38,270 nt of DNA from a virus (IMGVR_UViG_3300044538_000011:1-38270), one strand, 5' to 3'; counted from the first letter of the stretch, positions 6,887-16,532 are shown. Translations and numbers: made by a program. The notes: generated by a model from the letters alone, not told the origin.

Positions 6887-7426
6887 ATGATAGAATTTCC
6901 AAAGAAAATAAACGCAGGCGATTCTTTTTTCTTTTCATTCACGCATCCACTTTACCCAATTGATAGCGGATGGATTGCAAATTACATCGCCGTTGGCCCA
7001 ACGAAAATAAATTTACAATCCATTACCGATGGAATGAATTACACATTCATTGCAACGAAAGAAGAAACAGCGCAATGGATAGCGGGCGAATATAAATCAA
7101 CCCTATACATCGTCAGCGAAACAGAGCGTCATACAATTCTATCCCAGCCGCTCCTGGTTATGCCTAACCTCGACACTTTGGTGGGCGATGCCAGGACGCA
7201 CGTACAGAAAGTATTGGATGCACTCAATGCAGTTTTAGAAGAGCGCGCGACCACGGATCAGGAAAACATGACCCTAAATGGACGTTCCCTCGCCCGGACA
7301 CCAATAGGCGATTTACTCAAACTAAGAACTTTCTATATGAGAGAGTTAGAGAGAGAAAAACGCGCCCAAATGCTAATTGAAAACTGGGGTGGTTTACGCC
7401 CAAACAAAATTAGAGTTCGTATATGA
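6887..7426 (+). CDS. Head completion/adaptor protein (gpW-like C-terminus)
   Basis: MTLNGRSLARTPIGDLLKLR..Y; position immediately before portal. Confidence 0.75.
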   Translation: MIEFPKKINAGDSFFFSFTHPLYPIDSGWIANYIAVGPTKINLQSITDGMNYTFIATKEETAQWIAGEYKSTLYIVSETERHTILSQPLLVMPNLDTLVGDARTHVQKVLDALNAVLEERATTDQENMTLNGRSLARTPIGDLLKLRTFYMRELEREKRAQMLIENWGGLRPNKIRVRI

Positions 7427-8880
7427 GTAACCCATTCAGAAAAATTTTGGAATTGTTTGTAGGCAAAACTGCCAGTCCAAAGTCCCCCCTTCGCGTCAGG
7501 CGTTTCAAAGCGGGTGACAGTGACAGACTGACCGCCTCATGGGCCTCCTTTTCTGAAAATGGGATAAACCAAGAATTATACCGATCCCTTCGTACCCTCC
7601 GTAGCCGTTCGAGAGACCTCTCCCAAAACAACGATTACGTGAAACAATTTTTGCGCCTCTGCAAAAACCACATCGTCGGGCCCGTCGGTCCCGCCTTACA
7701 ATGCCACGCATTGAATGCCGACGGTACACCCGACACTCCTATCAACGACTTGATTGAAAAAGAATTTAAGCGATGGTCAAAAAAAGGAGTGTGTGAAGTG
7801 TCAGGCAAACTGAATTTTGTCCAAAGCCTAGACCTTATTGTTGAAACCGTCGCCCGTGATGGTGAGGCTATCGTCAGAAAAGTCCGCGGTTTTCCTAACC
7901 GCCATAATTTTGCCATCCAACATATCAACCCCGACCTCCTCGACATCAATCACAATGAACCCAATTCGGGCATCATCATGGGTGTTGAAATTAACGAGTG
8001 GGGGAAGCCAGTTGCTTACCACATTTTGAAAGAGAAGCCGCATCAATACTACTCGTCAGGTTGGTCTGGAGAACGAGAGCGTATCCCCGCGGAGGACATT
8101 ATTCACATCTTCTTAACTGAGTATCCAAATCAAATTCGTGGGGTGCCCTGGTCCCACACTTCCATGCGTCGATTGCACAATGTGGAAGGAATGGAAGAGA
8201 GTGAATTGGTTGCCAGTCGGGTGGCGGCGGCAAAAATGGGTTTCTTTGAAAGAAACGAAGCGGGGGAAGGATATGAAGGGGAAGTAGAACAAGGGGAACT
8301 GATTACCGATGCGGAACCGGGCACCTTTGAAGAACTCCCTTACGGCGTCAAGTTGGCCACCTTCGACCCTCAACACCCCAATAGCCAGTTCCCTGGGTTC
8401 ATAAAATCCAATTTAAGAGGGGCGGCCAGCGGCTTAGGCGTTTCCTACAACTCGTTAGCAAGCGATTTGGAGGGAGTGAATTACTCCTCCATTCGGCAAG
8501 GTGTGTTAGAGGAGAGAGACAACTGGATGAAACTCCAAGAGTGGCTATTTGCGACGGTGTGTGACGACATTTACGCAGATTGGTTACAGATGTCGATGTT
8601 AAGCGGTGTGATTCCCGTTCCGCCCGAACGCAGTTGGAAGTTCAAAGACATCACCTGGCAAGGTCGCCGTTGGCAATGGGTTGACCCACTGAAAGACATC
8701 AGTGCGGCACAGTTAGCCATCAATGAGAAACTGAAATCACGCGCCGAAGTGATTCGTGAGACAGGACGAGAACCAGAGGATGTTTGGCGTGAAGTAGAGG
8801 CGGAATCAAAAATGGAGGTACTTAAAATGATGGGTGGGGTGCCATCCATTCAGATAGAGGAAGACGACAAAAATGATTGA
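7423..8880 (+). CDS. Portal protein, lambda family
   Basis: LRSRSRDL.QNN, GVEINEWGKPVAYH, QIRGVPW, VNYSSIRQG, WVDPLKD. Confidence 0.96.
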   Translation: MSNPFRKILELFVGKTASPKSPLRVRRFKAGDSDRLTASWASFSENGINQELYRSLRTLRSRSRDLSQNNDYVKQFLRLCKNHIVGPVGPALQCHALNADGTPDTPINDLIEKEFKRWSKKGVCEVSGKLNFVQSLDLIVETVARDGEAIVRKVRGFPNRHNFAIQHINPDLLDINHNEPNSGIIMGVEINEWGKPVAYHILKEKPHQYYSSGWSGERERIPAEDIIHIFLTEYPNQIRGVPWSHTSMRRLHNVEGMEESELVASRVAAAKMGFFERNEAGEGYEGEVEQGELITDAEPGTFEELPYGVKLATFDPQHPNSQFPGFIKSNLRGAASGLGVSYNSLASDLEGVNYSSIRQGVLEERDNWMKLQEWLFATVCDDIYADWLQMSMLSGVIPVPPERSWKFKDITWQGRRWQWVDPLKDISAAQLAINEKLKSRAEVIRETGREPEDVWREVEAESKMEVLKMMGGVPSIQIEEDDKND

Positions 8881-9214
8881 CACAGACGAATTTATTTTGC
8901 TTCTGGTGTGCATAGCGACTGGTTGCATCGGCATGGCGACGCGCCTTCTAGGCGACGATGAATTTAAGAATGGAGGAAAATTTGCCAGGAAAATGCTGTT
9001 AAGTTTTTTTCTCTCAATTCTTATTTTCCTATCCTCTGATGCACTGATGTTAGTGTTCACTGTGCCACCTGAGAAGCTGGCGTGGTTTAAAGTATTGGCC
9101 TGTCTGTTGGGCGCCGGTTACTATCACCAAGTGACGTTAGAACGGATGGATGTATTTTATATGAATTACATACTAAACAAGCTACCTAAAGAAGGAGATA
9201 AGAAGAATGTCTAA
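8873..9214 (+). CDS. Three-TM small membrane protein, holin-like
   Basis: 113 aa, three hydrophobic segments, charged C-terminus. Confidence 0.55.
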   Translation: MIDTDEFILLLVCIATGCIGMATRLLGDDEFKNGGKFARKMLLSFFLSILIFLSSDALMLVFTVPPEKLAWFKVLACLLGAGYYHQVTLERMDVFYMNYILNKLPKEGDKKNV

Positions 9215-9379
9215 TATTAATTCAACTATGGTGGCACATTCAATCATCAATGGAAAGCTAAAATCATTCGCCGAAATGATTCGAGAAGCTGGACTAGACC
9301 CAGAAAATGTTTGGCGTAAATTAGGGATAGAATCAAATTGGCGTGACAAGCTACCTAAAGAAGGAGATAAGAAGAATGT
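9177..9379 (+). repeat. 34-bp perfect direct repeat containing RBS + ATG
   Basis: ACAAGCTACCTAAAGAAGGAGATAAGAAGAATGT at 9177-9210 and 9346-9379. Confidence 0.95.
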
Positions 9380-9383
9380 TTAA
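9207..9383 (+). CDS. 58-aa protein homologous to the portal C-terminal tail (not in ORF track)
   Basis: INGKLKSFAEMIREAGLDPENVWRKLGIES vs portal INEKLKSRAEVIRETGREPEDVWREVEAES (19/30 identical); AAGGAG RBS. Confidence 0.7.
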   Translation: MSNINSTMVAHSIINGKLKSFAEMIREAGLDPENVWRKLGIESNWRDKLPKEGDKKNV

Positions 9384-9837
9384 AGTTACTTCAATCATCA
9401 TGTTTCTAATTGTGTTTTTGGAACTGATTCTCCCCTCGGCATTCCAGTATGTTCTAAACGCATCCATAGCTGTTTTTGGATTATCTTACATTCTGAAAAC
9501 AATCAACAGAATGGATAAAAAGGAGTGGACGAATCACGCTATTAGCAAGCACGAACGTTCCCGCGTTTTGTACGTGGGCGCCGCTTTACTCGCTTGCTTC
9601 GCTTTCCTACAATTCGCCTGGTTAGTCTCAACCCAATTAGATACCCATGGACATATTGAAGTAAGCGTTATGCTAGACAAAATCTACTCCTTATGCGAAG
9701 GAATGGTTTTGATTTTTGCAATTTATGTCACCTTTCAACTCAACCTGGAACTTACCGATGGTAAAGAGGGAGAGCATGAGGGGTATATAACCAAACTGTT
9801 AAAGGGGAGGCACTATGACAAAAAAGAGGATCACTGA
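9376..9837 (+). CDS. Four-TM membrane protein, unknown function
   Basis: AAGGAG RBS, ATG 9376; four hydrophobic segments. Confidence 0.75.
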   Translation: MFKVTSIIMFLIVFLELILPSAFQYVLNASIAVFGLSYILKTINRMDKKEWTNHAISKHERSRVLYVGAALLACFAFLQFAWLVSTQLDTHGHIEVSVMLDKIYSLCEGMVLIFAIYVTFQLNLELTDGKEGEHEGYITKLLKGRHYDKKEDH

Positions 9838-11596
9838 AGAAATTCGATACCGAGAAGGTCAGTTCGAGTCTCTTCAAGACCGCATGGCCACGATTTCTTT
9901 CAGTTCCGAAGCGCACATCGAAAGATGGTTCGGAATCGAAGTATTAGGACACAACATAGACAACGTGCGACTTGGCCGCTTAAACAGTGGCGCCGCGGTG
10001 TTGTTAAACCACGATGCTGACCAACATGTCGGTGTCGTCGAGAAAAGTTGGCTTGGACCCGATAAAAAGGGACGCGCAGTTATCCGATTTTCCAAATCAC
10101 CGAAGGGTGAGGAAGTTCACCAAGATGTGATGGATGGTATTCGTCGAAACGTCTCCGTGGGCTATCTTATACATGACTATAGAGTAGAAAAAGCGGATGA
10201 CGGCGACAAAGAAATTTACTTCGCAAACGACTGGGAACCGTTGGAGATTTCCATCGTTTCCGTACCGGCCGACACAAGCGTCGGTGTTGGTCGCAACCTC
10301 TCAATGGAGAAAACAATTATGACACCCGAAAACACTGAAAAAACCGTTCCACAAATTGATGTGGAACAAATCAGAAAAGACACCCGCCAGGCTGAATTGA
10401 GTCGAGTCCGTGACATCCACGCACTGGGTGAACAATTCCAAATGCGCGAATTTGCCGATAAACACGCCCAAGAGGGTACTGCACTCGACGACTTCCGCGG
10501 GTTCTTACTGGAAGAAATTAAACGTTCTCAACGTGCCTCCCCAGTTTCGTTGGCCAAGCAAACTGTCAACCCTGAGATTGGGATGACCGAAAAGGAGATA
10601 CGTCAATACAGCCTGTGCCGCGCAATCATGGCACAAGCAACGAACGACTGGAGATATGCTGGACTAGAAAGGGAAGCGAATTTTGCCACGGCGAAAAAAT
10701 TGGGCAGAGACCCGAAGGGCTTCTTTATTCCCCCAGACGTGCAGAACCGAAGAGATTTTACACTGGGTACTTCGGGTTCTCCTGGAGGAGGTTATGCTTC
10801 AATGGACCCGCAACTTCTAGTCGCGAATTTTATTGATTTGTTACAAAATAAGATGATCGTCCGGCAACTAGGAGCTGAAATCTTGGGAGAATTGACGGGT
10901 GACGTTTTAATTCCAAAACAGACTGGTGGGGCGACTGCTTACTGGGTTGCCGAGTCAGGGGCGCCTACGGAGTCGCAACAAACAATTGGGCAAATTACAT
11001 TGCGCCCAAAAACTGTGGGTGCGTTTTCAGATATTTCACGAAAGCTGTTAATACAGTCGAGTTTATATGTGGAAAGTTTTGTTAGACGTGACATCTCGCG
11101 GACTATTGCACTTGCTATTGACCTTGCCGCGCTGGCCGGCACCGGACAAAATAATCAGCCCACTGGAATTTTGGCGACAGCCGGCATTGGGAGCACGACG
11201 TGGTCCGGGACCCCCACGTTTGCCAATGTGGTCAACATGGCAACGATAGTCGCAACTGCCAATGCGGACAGAGGTTCGATGTCTTACATCACTACGCCTG
11301 CCGTGTCAGGCGTCTTGAGAACAACTCCGAAAGTGACTGCGCAGGCAACTTATCTTTGGTCTGAAAGCAATCTGTTGAACGGCTACCCAGCCTACGAGAC
11401 GAATCAAATGACCACCGGCTACGTCCTTTTTGGTAACTGGTCGGATTTGATTATCGCAGAGTGGACCGGGACCGACATTTTAGTTGATCCATACACTGGC
11501 GGAACGTCGGGTACCATCCGCGTAATTGCGCATCAAGATGTCGATATCGGGGTACGCTATCCGCAGTCTTTCTGCGAAATGCACGCTGGGACCTAA
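9815..11596 (+). CDS. HK97-type prohead protease-major capsid protein fusion
   Basis: FSSE, LLNHD, VSVGY, WEPLEISIVSVPAD (protease); AYWVAES, FGNWSDL, DPYT (HK97-fold capsid). Confidence 0.95.
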   Translation: MTKKRITEEIRYREGQFESLQDRMATISFSSEAHIERWFGIEVLGHNIDNVRLGRLNSGAAVLLNHDADQHVGVVEKSWLGPDKKGRAVIRFSKSPKGEEVHQDVMDGIRRNVSVGYLIHDYRVEKADDGDKEIYFANDWEPLEISIVSVPADTSVGVGRNLSMEKTIMTPENTEKTVPQIDVEQIRKDTRQAELSRVRDIHALGEQFQMREFADKHAQEGTALDDFRGFLLEEIKRSQRASPVSLAKQTVNPEIGMTEKEIRQYSLCRAIMAQATNDWRYAGLEREANFATAKKLGRDPKGFFIPPDVQNRRDFTLGTSGSPGGGYASMDPQLLVANFIDLLQNKMIVRQLGAEILGELTGDVLIPKQTGGATAYWVAESGAPTESQQTIGQITLRPKTVGAFSDISRKLLIQSSLYVESFVRRDISRTIALAIDLAALAGTGQNNQPTGILATAGIGSTTWSGTPTFANVVNMATIVATANADRGSMSYITTPAVSGVLRTTPKVTAQATYLWSESNLLNGYPAYETNQMTTGYVLFGNWSDLIIAEWTGTDILVDPYTGGTSGTIRVIAHQDVDIGVRYPQSFCEMHAGT

Positions 11597-11597
11597 A

Positions 11598-12296
11598 ATG
11601 CATTATGAATCGTTTGATGTACGCCACCGAAAGAATCTCGTAAAGATGGTATCTTCGCTGGGAAGCCCCGCGGTTTATCAACGAGAAGGCATCGGAACGA
11701 TAAATACCTATGCTATCGTGAATCATCACCTTGACCTGGTCCCGAATGATTTTCAGATGCAAGCACCGATGCAATTTATTCAAGTAAGCATCATCAAAGG
11801 TGCCATCCCAGAAGTCAGGCAAGGAGACAGAATCGGTGTAGCTAACATCATCTACACCATCTCCCATCTGTTAAACGACGATGGTTTTATGCTTGACTTC
11901 GTGGTCAGCAAAAGTGAGAGTGGTAGCATACCGAGTGTCCCATGGGACCCAAGCGGGACACTTCAAAAACTAGACGGACTTGATTATTTTAGCTTCGCTT
12001 GGGGAGATGCTTCACCCAAGTTACTCTTTACAATCACTTCCAACAGAATCGTAAGTGAAGTGGTTTTGCATGTATTAACCCGCTTCGACGGTTTGGGTAC
12101 TAAACTCCAAATAGGAGATGCAACACTCAAAACTCGTCTGATGTCGGAACTTGAAAATTTACCAGGAGTAGAAGGAAGTTACATGACTCACCCAAACTAC
12201 TCCTACAGCCAAAATTCAGGTATTTTACTCACTATCACCCCTGGCACTGGAAACACGCAAGGGAATGGGATAGTAGAAATCAAATACCAAGATTAA
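11598..12296 (+). CDS. Head-tail joining protein with extra C-terminal beta-sandwich domain
   Basis: N-terminal ~105 aa with ...RQGDRI.V....YTI......DDG (gpFII-like). C-terminal domain resembles that of the next gene. Confidence 0.6.
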   Translation: MHYESFDVRHRKNLVKMVSSLGSPAVYQREGIGTINTYAIVNHHLDLVPNDFQMQAPMQFIQVSIIKGAIPEVRQGDRIGVANIIYTISHLLNDDGFMLDFVVSKSESGSIPSVPWDPSGTLQKLDGLDYFSFAWGDASPKLLFTITSNRIVSEVVLHVLTRFDGLGTKLQIGDATLKTRLMSELENLPGVEGSYMTHPNYSYSQNSGILLTITPGTGNTQGNGIVEIKYQD

Positions 12297-12309
12297 AGAG
12301 GAGAGAGAT

Positions 12310-12999
12310 ATGAGTTATTGGACAGATTTACTAGGAACGGTAAAAGATAATCTTCGAATTGGATTAGCCGGCGTCCGACTGAAAAATATCGGTGGACATC
12401 TATCGATTCGAAACACGGGCGACACCGCAGACGCTAACCTGACTGCCAACAAAATTTTGGTGTCGGGCAACCAGATTGAAATTAACTCTGATGCCGCGGG
12501 TGAAAGTGCCGATTGGAAACTCATTTTAGAACGTCCCGCTTCTGGAATGACTGCAAATGTCACCTTGACCCTTCCGCCTGACGATGGGTCCCCCGGTCAA
12601 GTTTTGACAACGGACGGTTCAGGCGCACTGAGTTGGGGAAACTCCTCTGGTTCAGCAAACGGTCTGAAAATCGACGTGACTGCCCTCGCATTTGGTTCGA
12701 GTAGCACTGTCAGTATGTTCACTCTGCCAGCCTCTTCCACGGTTTCACAAATAGATGTGGTGGTTGACACGCCATTCGACGGTTCTCCTTCAATGAGCGT
12801 GGGCGTAAACGGTGGCAGTGCCTCCAAATACTTCCCTTCAAGTTACGTCGACCTCACCGCTTCCGCTAAAACTATTTTCAGAGTGCATCCAGGAGAACAA
12901 GCAAATGTTTCAAGCGAGTCGTTGGAGATTTACTACACAGCGGGTTCGGCAACAGCGGGGTCGGCGCGTGTGCTGGTACACTATGGCGAAGCTGCATAA
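12310..12999 (+). CDS. Virion structural/decoration or neck fibre protein
   Basis: LTLPPDDGSPGQVLTTDGSGALSW fibre repeat plus beta-rich C-terminal domain. Confidence 0.65.
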   Translation: MSYWTDLLGTVKDNLRIGLAGVRLKNIGGHLSIRNTGDTADANLTANKILVSGNQIEINSDAAGESADWKLILERPASGMTANVTLTLPPDDGSPGQVLTTDGSGALSWGNSSGSANGLKIDVTALAFGSSSTVSMFTLPASSTVSQIDVVVDTPFDGSPSMSVGVNGGSASKYFPSSYVDLTASAKTIFRVHPGEQANVSSESLEIYYTAGSATAGSARVLVHYGEAA

Positions 13000-13013
13000 C
13001 GAGGCCGAACGAT

Positions 13014-13916
13014 ATGCCTGTGAAATCAGACTTAGCTGGCACCGTCTTAGAAAGTTTTGAAATAGGTCTATCTTGCATCTATTCTGGGGGGCGCGCCTAT
13101 TTTCAACTTCCTGCAAATGGCGGAAAAATCGCGTTGTACTTAAATAGCGAATATGAGGATTGGAACAGCCAACAACAATACTTTAATGGGAACATCGTCA
13201 GGCGTGGTGGTGGTTTCTGGATTGCACAATATGGTTCAAATTTTACTGGCAAAGACCCGGAAACCGAACCTTTTTACTGGTCCCCTTATGCCTTCCCAAC
13301 CTACCCCGACGATGGTGTCGGTCTTCTAGGTGAAATAAAAGCCTGGCACAAGAACTTTTACGCGACGACCCAAACTCCATTGATTACCAGTACAACGTAT
13401 TCCAGTGGAAATGTGTTAGGTAATTTAAAAGATACGTCTCAAAATTTCCTACCTGCCAACACGCATATCGCTTCAGGCATGTTGCATATCAATTATGCAA
13501 GTGGAAACGCCGGTATATTTGCAAACGTTGACGCTATCACCGATAACAACAATTTATCGATCACAGGTGATGTAACCCCAGGCAATTCTGCACCTTATAA
13601 ATTGTACAACTCACCAGTTCTGCACTCCTCTTGGGTGGAATGCAATGGTCAAGTGTGCAATACAAATGGAAGCGTTTTTTACGGAAAGACGATTCCAAAT
13701 TTAAATAAGCAACGTAGTGGAGAGAAAACGCCAGGGCAAACCCTGACCGATGGTAGCACAAAGACAAACCGACAGATGGTTTTATATGGAAACACCGCAT
13801 CGGGGGTGTTTTCGGAATTTGCATTTCGTGCCAAACAACCGACAGACCAATGGTTAAACGAAAAATACAACCTCGGTCCATTCAGTGTTGTCTATATTAT
13901 GCGGGTGATGTTATGA
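13014..13916 (+). CDS. Fibre protein with carbohydrate-binding-like motif and interrupted tail-collar motif
   Basis: DWNSQQQYFNGNIVRRGGGFW (CBM5/12-like); GEIKAW...WVECNGQ...TIPNLN (collar). Confidence 0.6.
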   Translation: MPVKSDLAGTVLESFEIGLSCIYSGGRAYFQLPANGGKIALYLNSEYEDWNSQQQYFNGNIVRRGGGFWIAQYGSNFTGKDPETEPFYWSPYAFPTYPDDGVGLLGEIKAWHKNFYATTQTPLITSTTYSSGNVLGNLKDTSQNFLPANTHIASGMLHINYASGNAGIFANVDAITDNNNLSITGDVTPGNSAPYKLYNSPVLHSSWVECNGQVCNTNGSVFYGKTIPNLNKQRSGEKTPGQTLTDGSTKTNRQMVLYGNTASGVFSEFAFRAKQPTDQWLNEKYNLGPFSVVYIMRVML

Positions 13917-14512
13917 GGATGGAAATCGACCAGGAGGCACATGATAAGTTGGTCAAGCTACTCGATTTCGTGGGTAAGAAGGCCAATCGAGTGCTGTGTC
14001 GCACGGTGAACGCGACGCTAATGAATTGCCGCACTCAGACGACGAAAAAAATCGGCGCGCATATTAACCTGAAAGCGAGAGTTATCAAGGAACACTTTTG
14101 GATAACCCGCGCCAAAGTCTCTTCCCTGAAATCAGGGATTGAAATTTCTGGGAAGAGAATACCCCTGCATCGTTCGACTGGTGCCAATTATGGTGCCAAG
14201 GTGGCGGCGGAAGGAGGAGTCTCGTTCCAGGTTCGGTATGACAAAGGACGTGAAACCTTTAAACATGGTTTCATTGCCACCATGAAAAGTGGCCACGTCG
14301 GCGTCTTTATGCGAGTAAACCCAGGTATGAGAAAGATTAGACAGGTGTACGGTCCTTCCATTCCTAAAGCGTTAGAAACGGGTGGGAGATTGGAAGACAT
14401 TTTAGTTTTTTCTAAGGATAGAATTTTAGAGAATGCGCGTCAACAAGTGAATCGCATTCTAGCAATGCAGGATGAAGAAATTATCACAGCAGAGGATTTA
14501 GAAAATTTATGA
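13913..14512 (+). CDS. Minor tail protein, gpZ-like
   Basis: FIATMKSGHVGVF.R...IRQVYGPSIP; basic protein; ATGA overlap. Confidence 0.8.
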   Translation: MRMEIDQEAHDKLVKLLDFVGKKANRVLCRTVNATLMNCRTQTTKKIGAHINLKARVIKEHFWITRAKVSSLKSGIEISGKRIPLHRSTGANYGAKVAAEGGVSFQVRYDKGRETFKHGFIATMKSGHVGVFMRVNPGMRKIRQVYGPSIPKALETGGRLEDILVFSKDRILENARQQVNRILAMQDEEIITAEDLENL

Positions 14513-14628
14513 ACAGTTGCATTTATCGTTGCAAAGGAAGAGATTGTGTAAATATTCGTTGCGCGTCTTACATCGCTGAAACACCAGACGACGACGAGGA
14601 CGATTATGATTATGAAGGGGAGGACTGA
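14509..14628 (+). CDS. 39-aa Cys4/acidic-tail peptide (not in ORF track)
   Basis: ATGA and TGATG overlaps with both neighbours; MNSCIYRCKGRDCVNIRCASYIAETPDDDEDDYDYEGED. Confidence 0.55.
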   Translation: MNSCIYRCKGRDCVNIRCASYIAETPDDDEDDYDYEGED

Positions 14629-15077
14629 TGACGAAGCGCGAGGAAATAGTGCAGGCCATCATCTCCCGTGTGGGTGGCATTAATGAGGCAAATGGTTACA
14701 ATTTCACCGTAGGAGGTGAAATCAATGTCCGCCGTTGTCTCCCCATTGCGGAATTTAACCAAGCACCGATGGCGTGTGTTTGGGAATTGGAAGAATCTCG
14801 CACCCGCACAAATTATGGAATGACGAGAAAGGTTTTGATTGTGAGGATAGAGATTGCAGTAGCAACACGAATTGAACATTGCTACGATGCCAATCTCGTT
14901 TTGGCCGATATAGAAAAGGCCCTCTTAACAAGATCAGAAACCGACGAGTTGTGGGAACTCGTAGAAGATATTTTAGATGTCAAGGCTGAGATTGCCCGCC
15001 CACAGATCGGCAATCCAATCACGGGGGCGGCGTTGGAATTTAATATCTACTACCAAACCCCCATCGGCAATCCCTAA
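14628..15077 (+). CDS. Tail terminator, gpU-like
   Basis: TKREEIVQAI..R...I..ANGY, LADIEKAL, IYYQT..GNP; precedes the tube gene. Confidence 0.75.
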   Translation: MTKREEIVQAIISRVGGINEANGYNFTVGGEINVRRCLPIAEFNQAPMACVWELEESRTRTNYGMTRKVLIVRIEIAVATRIEHCYDANLVLADIEKALLTRSETDELWELVEDILDVKAEIARPQIGNPITGAALEFNIYYQTPIGNP

Positions 15078-15088
15078 AGGAAAGAACT

Positions 15089-16093
15089 ATGCCTACTAAT
15101 AGCAATGCAGTAATTTATTTCGAGTCAGGACAGTCGCTAAAAACGATGACAACCATGACCGATTCAGGTAACCAAATTAAGTTTACCAGTGCCGCGCAAT
15201 ATTGGTCGAAGCGATCTGGTTATGAACCCAAAATTTACCCCAACGGGGTAGTAACAGGGGGAGAAATCACACCTGACACAGAAGCCGATCAGGTTATCGT
15301 TGGTTCTCTAACATGCTACCTCGGTGGCGTATTAACAACCGTGGCGACAGACCTTAAAATCGTCATCCGCGGGGCTGACACAAATACTTGTCGAATCAAT
15401 TCCATCACGGTCAATAGTAGCGGGGCACTGGCCGTCTTGTCCGGCACCGCAGGCACAAGTTTAAGTGCAACCCGTGGGGCCGCAGGTGGGCCGCCATGGA
15501 TACCGACGGGAAGCATCGAAATAGGTCAAGTTCGACTCACTTCCACTACATCCGCAGTGATTGATTCTTCAGAAATCTATCAAGTGCCAGGTCAACACCT
15601 GGAACGCTGGGATTATCCACTATGGGAAGAGTACCCGTTGGGCGATGTGACAAACACCACCGCTTACATTAAGTTCAATTCCGCCCTTACCCTCACACAT
15701 TCGGATGATACCGGTACCACAAAGAAGCCGAAGAAAGTTTTTGGTGAAGTGTATGAACCGATCATGGTGGAATTACCCAAGACATCCGACTTCAAAGCAC
15801 CCGAACAAACCAATTCAGTTGCCTCCAAACAAATTTACGGTGGCACACTGGGAACGACCTCCGCTTCTCTGGGTCAAGGAGGCTTTACAGCATACCTAAA
15901 CGACGGCATCACCGACAGTCTGATCGGACTCAAAAACGAAAACTTGGTCTTCAAGTTTTACCAGGATAGGGCGAAGTCACCACACGTCATTTGCCAAGGA
16001 ATTTTGGGTGTCGCCCGGACCTGGGGAGTGGCCGATTCAGCACAAGCCGCCTGCACGATTTCCGCAGAACGTTCAGCTTTAGAAAGGAGTTAA
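15089..16093 (+). CDS. Major tail tube protein
   Basis: Synteny (terminator-tube-chaperone-TMP); T/S/G-rich beta protein; good RBS. Confidence 0.7.
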   Translation: MPTNSNAVIYFESGQSLKTMTTMTDSGNQIKFTSAAQYWSKRSGYEPKIYPNGVVTGGEITPDTEADQVIVGSLTCYLGGVLTTVATDLKIVIRGADTNTCRINSITVNSSGALAVLSGTAGTSLSATRGAAGGPPWIPTGSIEIGQVRLTSTTSAVIDSSEIYQVPGQHLERWDYPLWEEYPLGDVTNTTAYIKFNSALTLTHSDDTGTTKKPKKVFGEVYEPIMVELPKTSDFKAPEQTNSVASKQIYGGTLGTTSASLGQGGFTAYLNDGITDSLIGLKNENLVFKFYQDRAKSPHVICQGILGVARTWGVADSAQAACTISAERSALERS

Positions 16094-16094
16094 T

Positions 16095-16532
16095 ATGTCT
16101 TTTGACAATAGTAAATTCTTAGCTTCGAAATTTCAACCGCGAACCAAGAATTTTCAAGTGCCGCAGTTGAAAGATTTTTTTAGCGAAGGCGAGGCTGTTT
16201 GGACAGTCCGCGGGCTGGAAGCAAGCGAACTTGCCGCAATTCGTCTTGCAAGATACAAGAGACGGAATCAAGTTGCGGCACTTCATACACTGTCTAGTTT
16301 TACAGCAACCGAAGCCCATCGTCGGGCCATGTTGGAACAGATTATCAATCTGACTGGGGAAGTGGAAGCGGAACTGGCAGGACGTTTAGAAATGCTGTGT
16401 ATCGCTTCTGTAGAACCCAAAATCAACATGGAAGTGGCCATTAAATTGTCCAAAATGCACCCTACGGTATTTTGGACATTGACTGACAATATCAGTACCC
16501 TAACCGATGAGGGTGCTGTAGTGGGGGAGTAG
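16095..16532 (+). CDS. Tail assembly chaperone (gpG-like)
   Basis: Between tube and tape measure; V.VRGL..SE motif; ends in a G run. Confidence 0.75.
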   Translation: MSFDNSKFLASKFQPRTKNFQVPQLKDFFSEGEAVWTVRGLEASELAAIRLARYKRRNQVAALHTLSSFTATEAHRRAMLEQIINLTGEVEAELAGRLEMLCIASVEPKINMEVAIKLSKMHPTVFWTLTDNISTLTDEGAVVGE

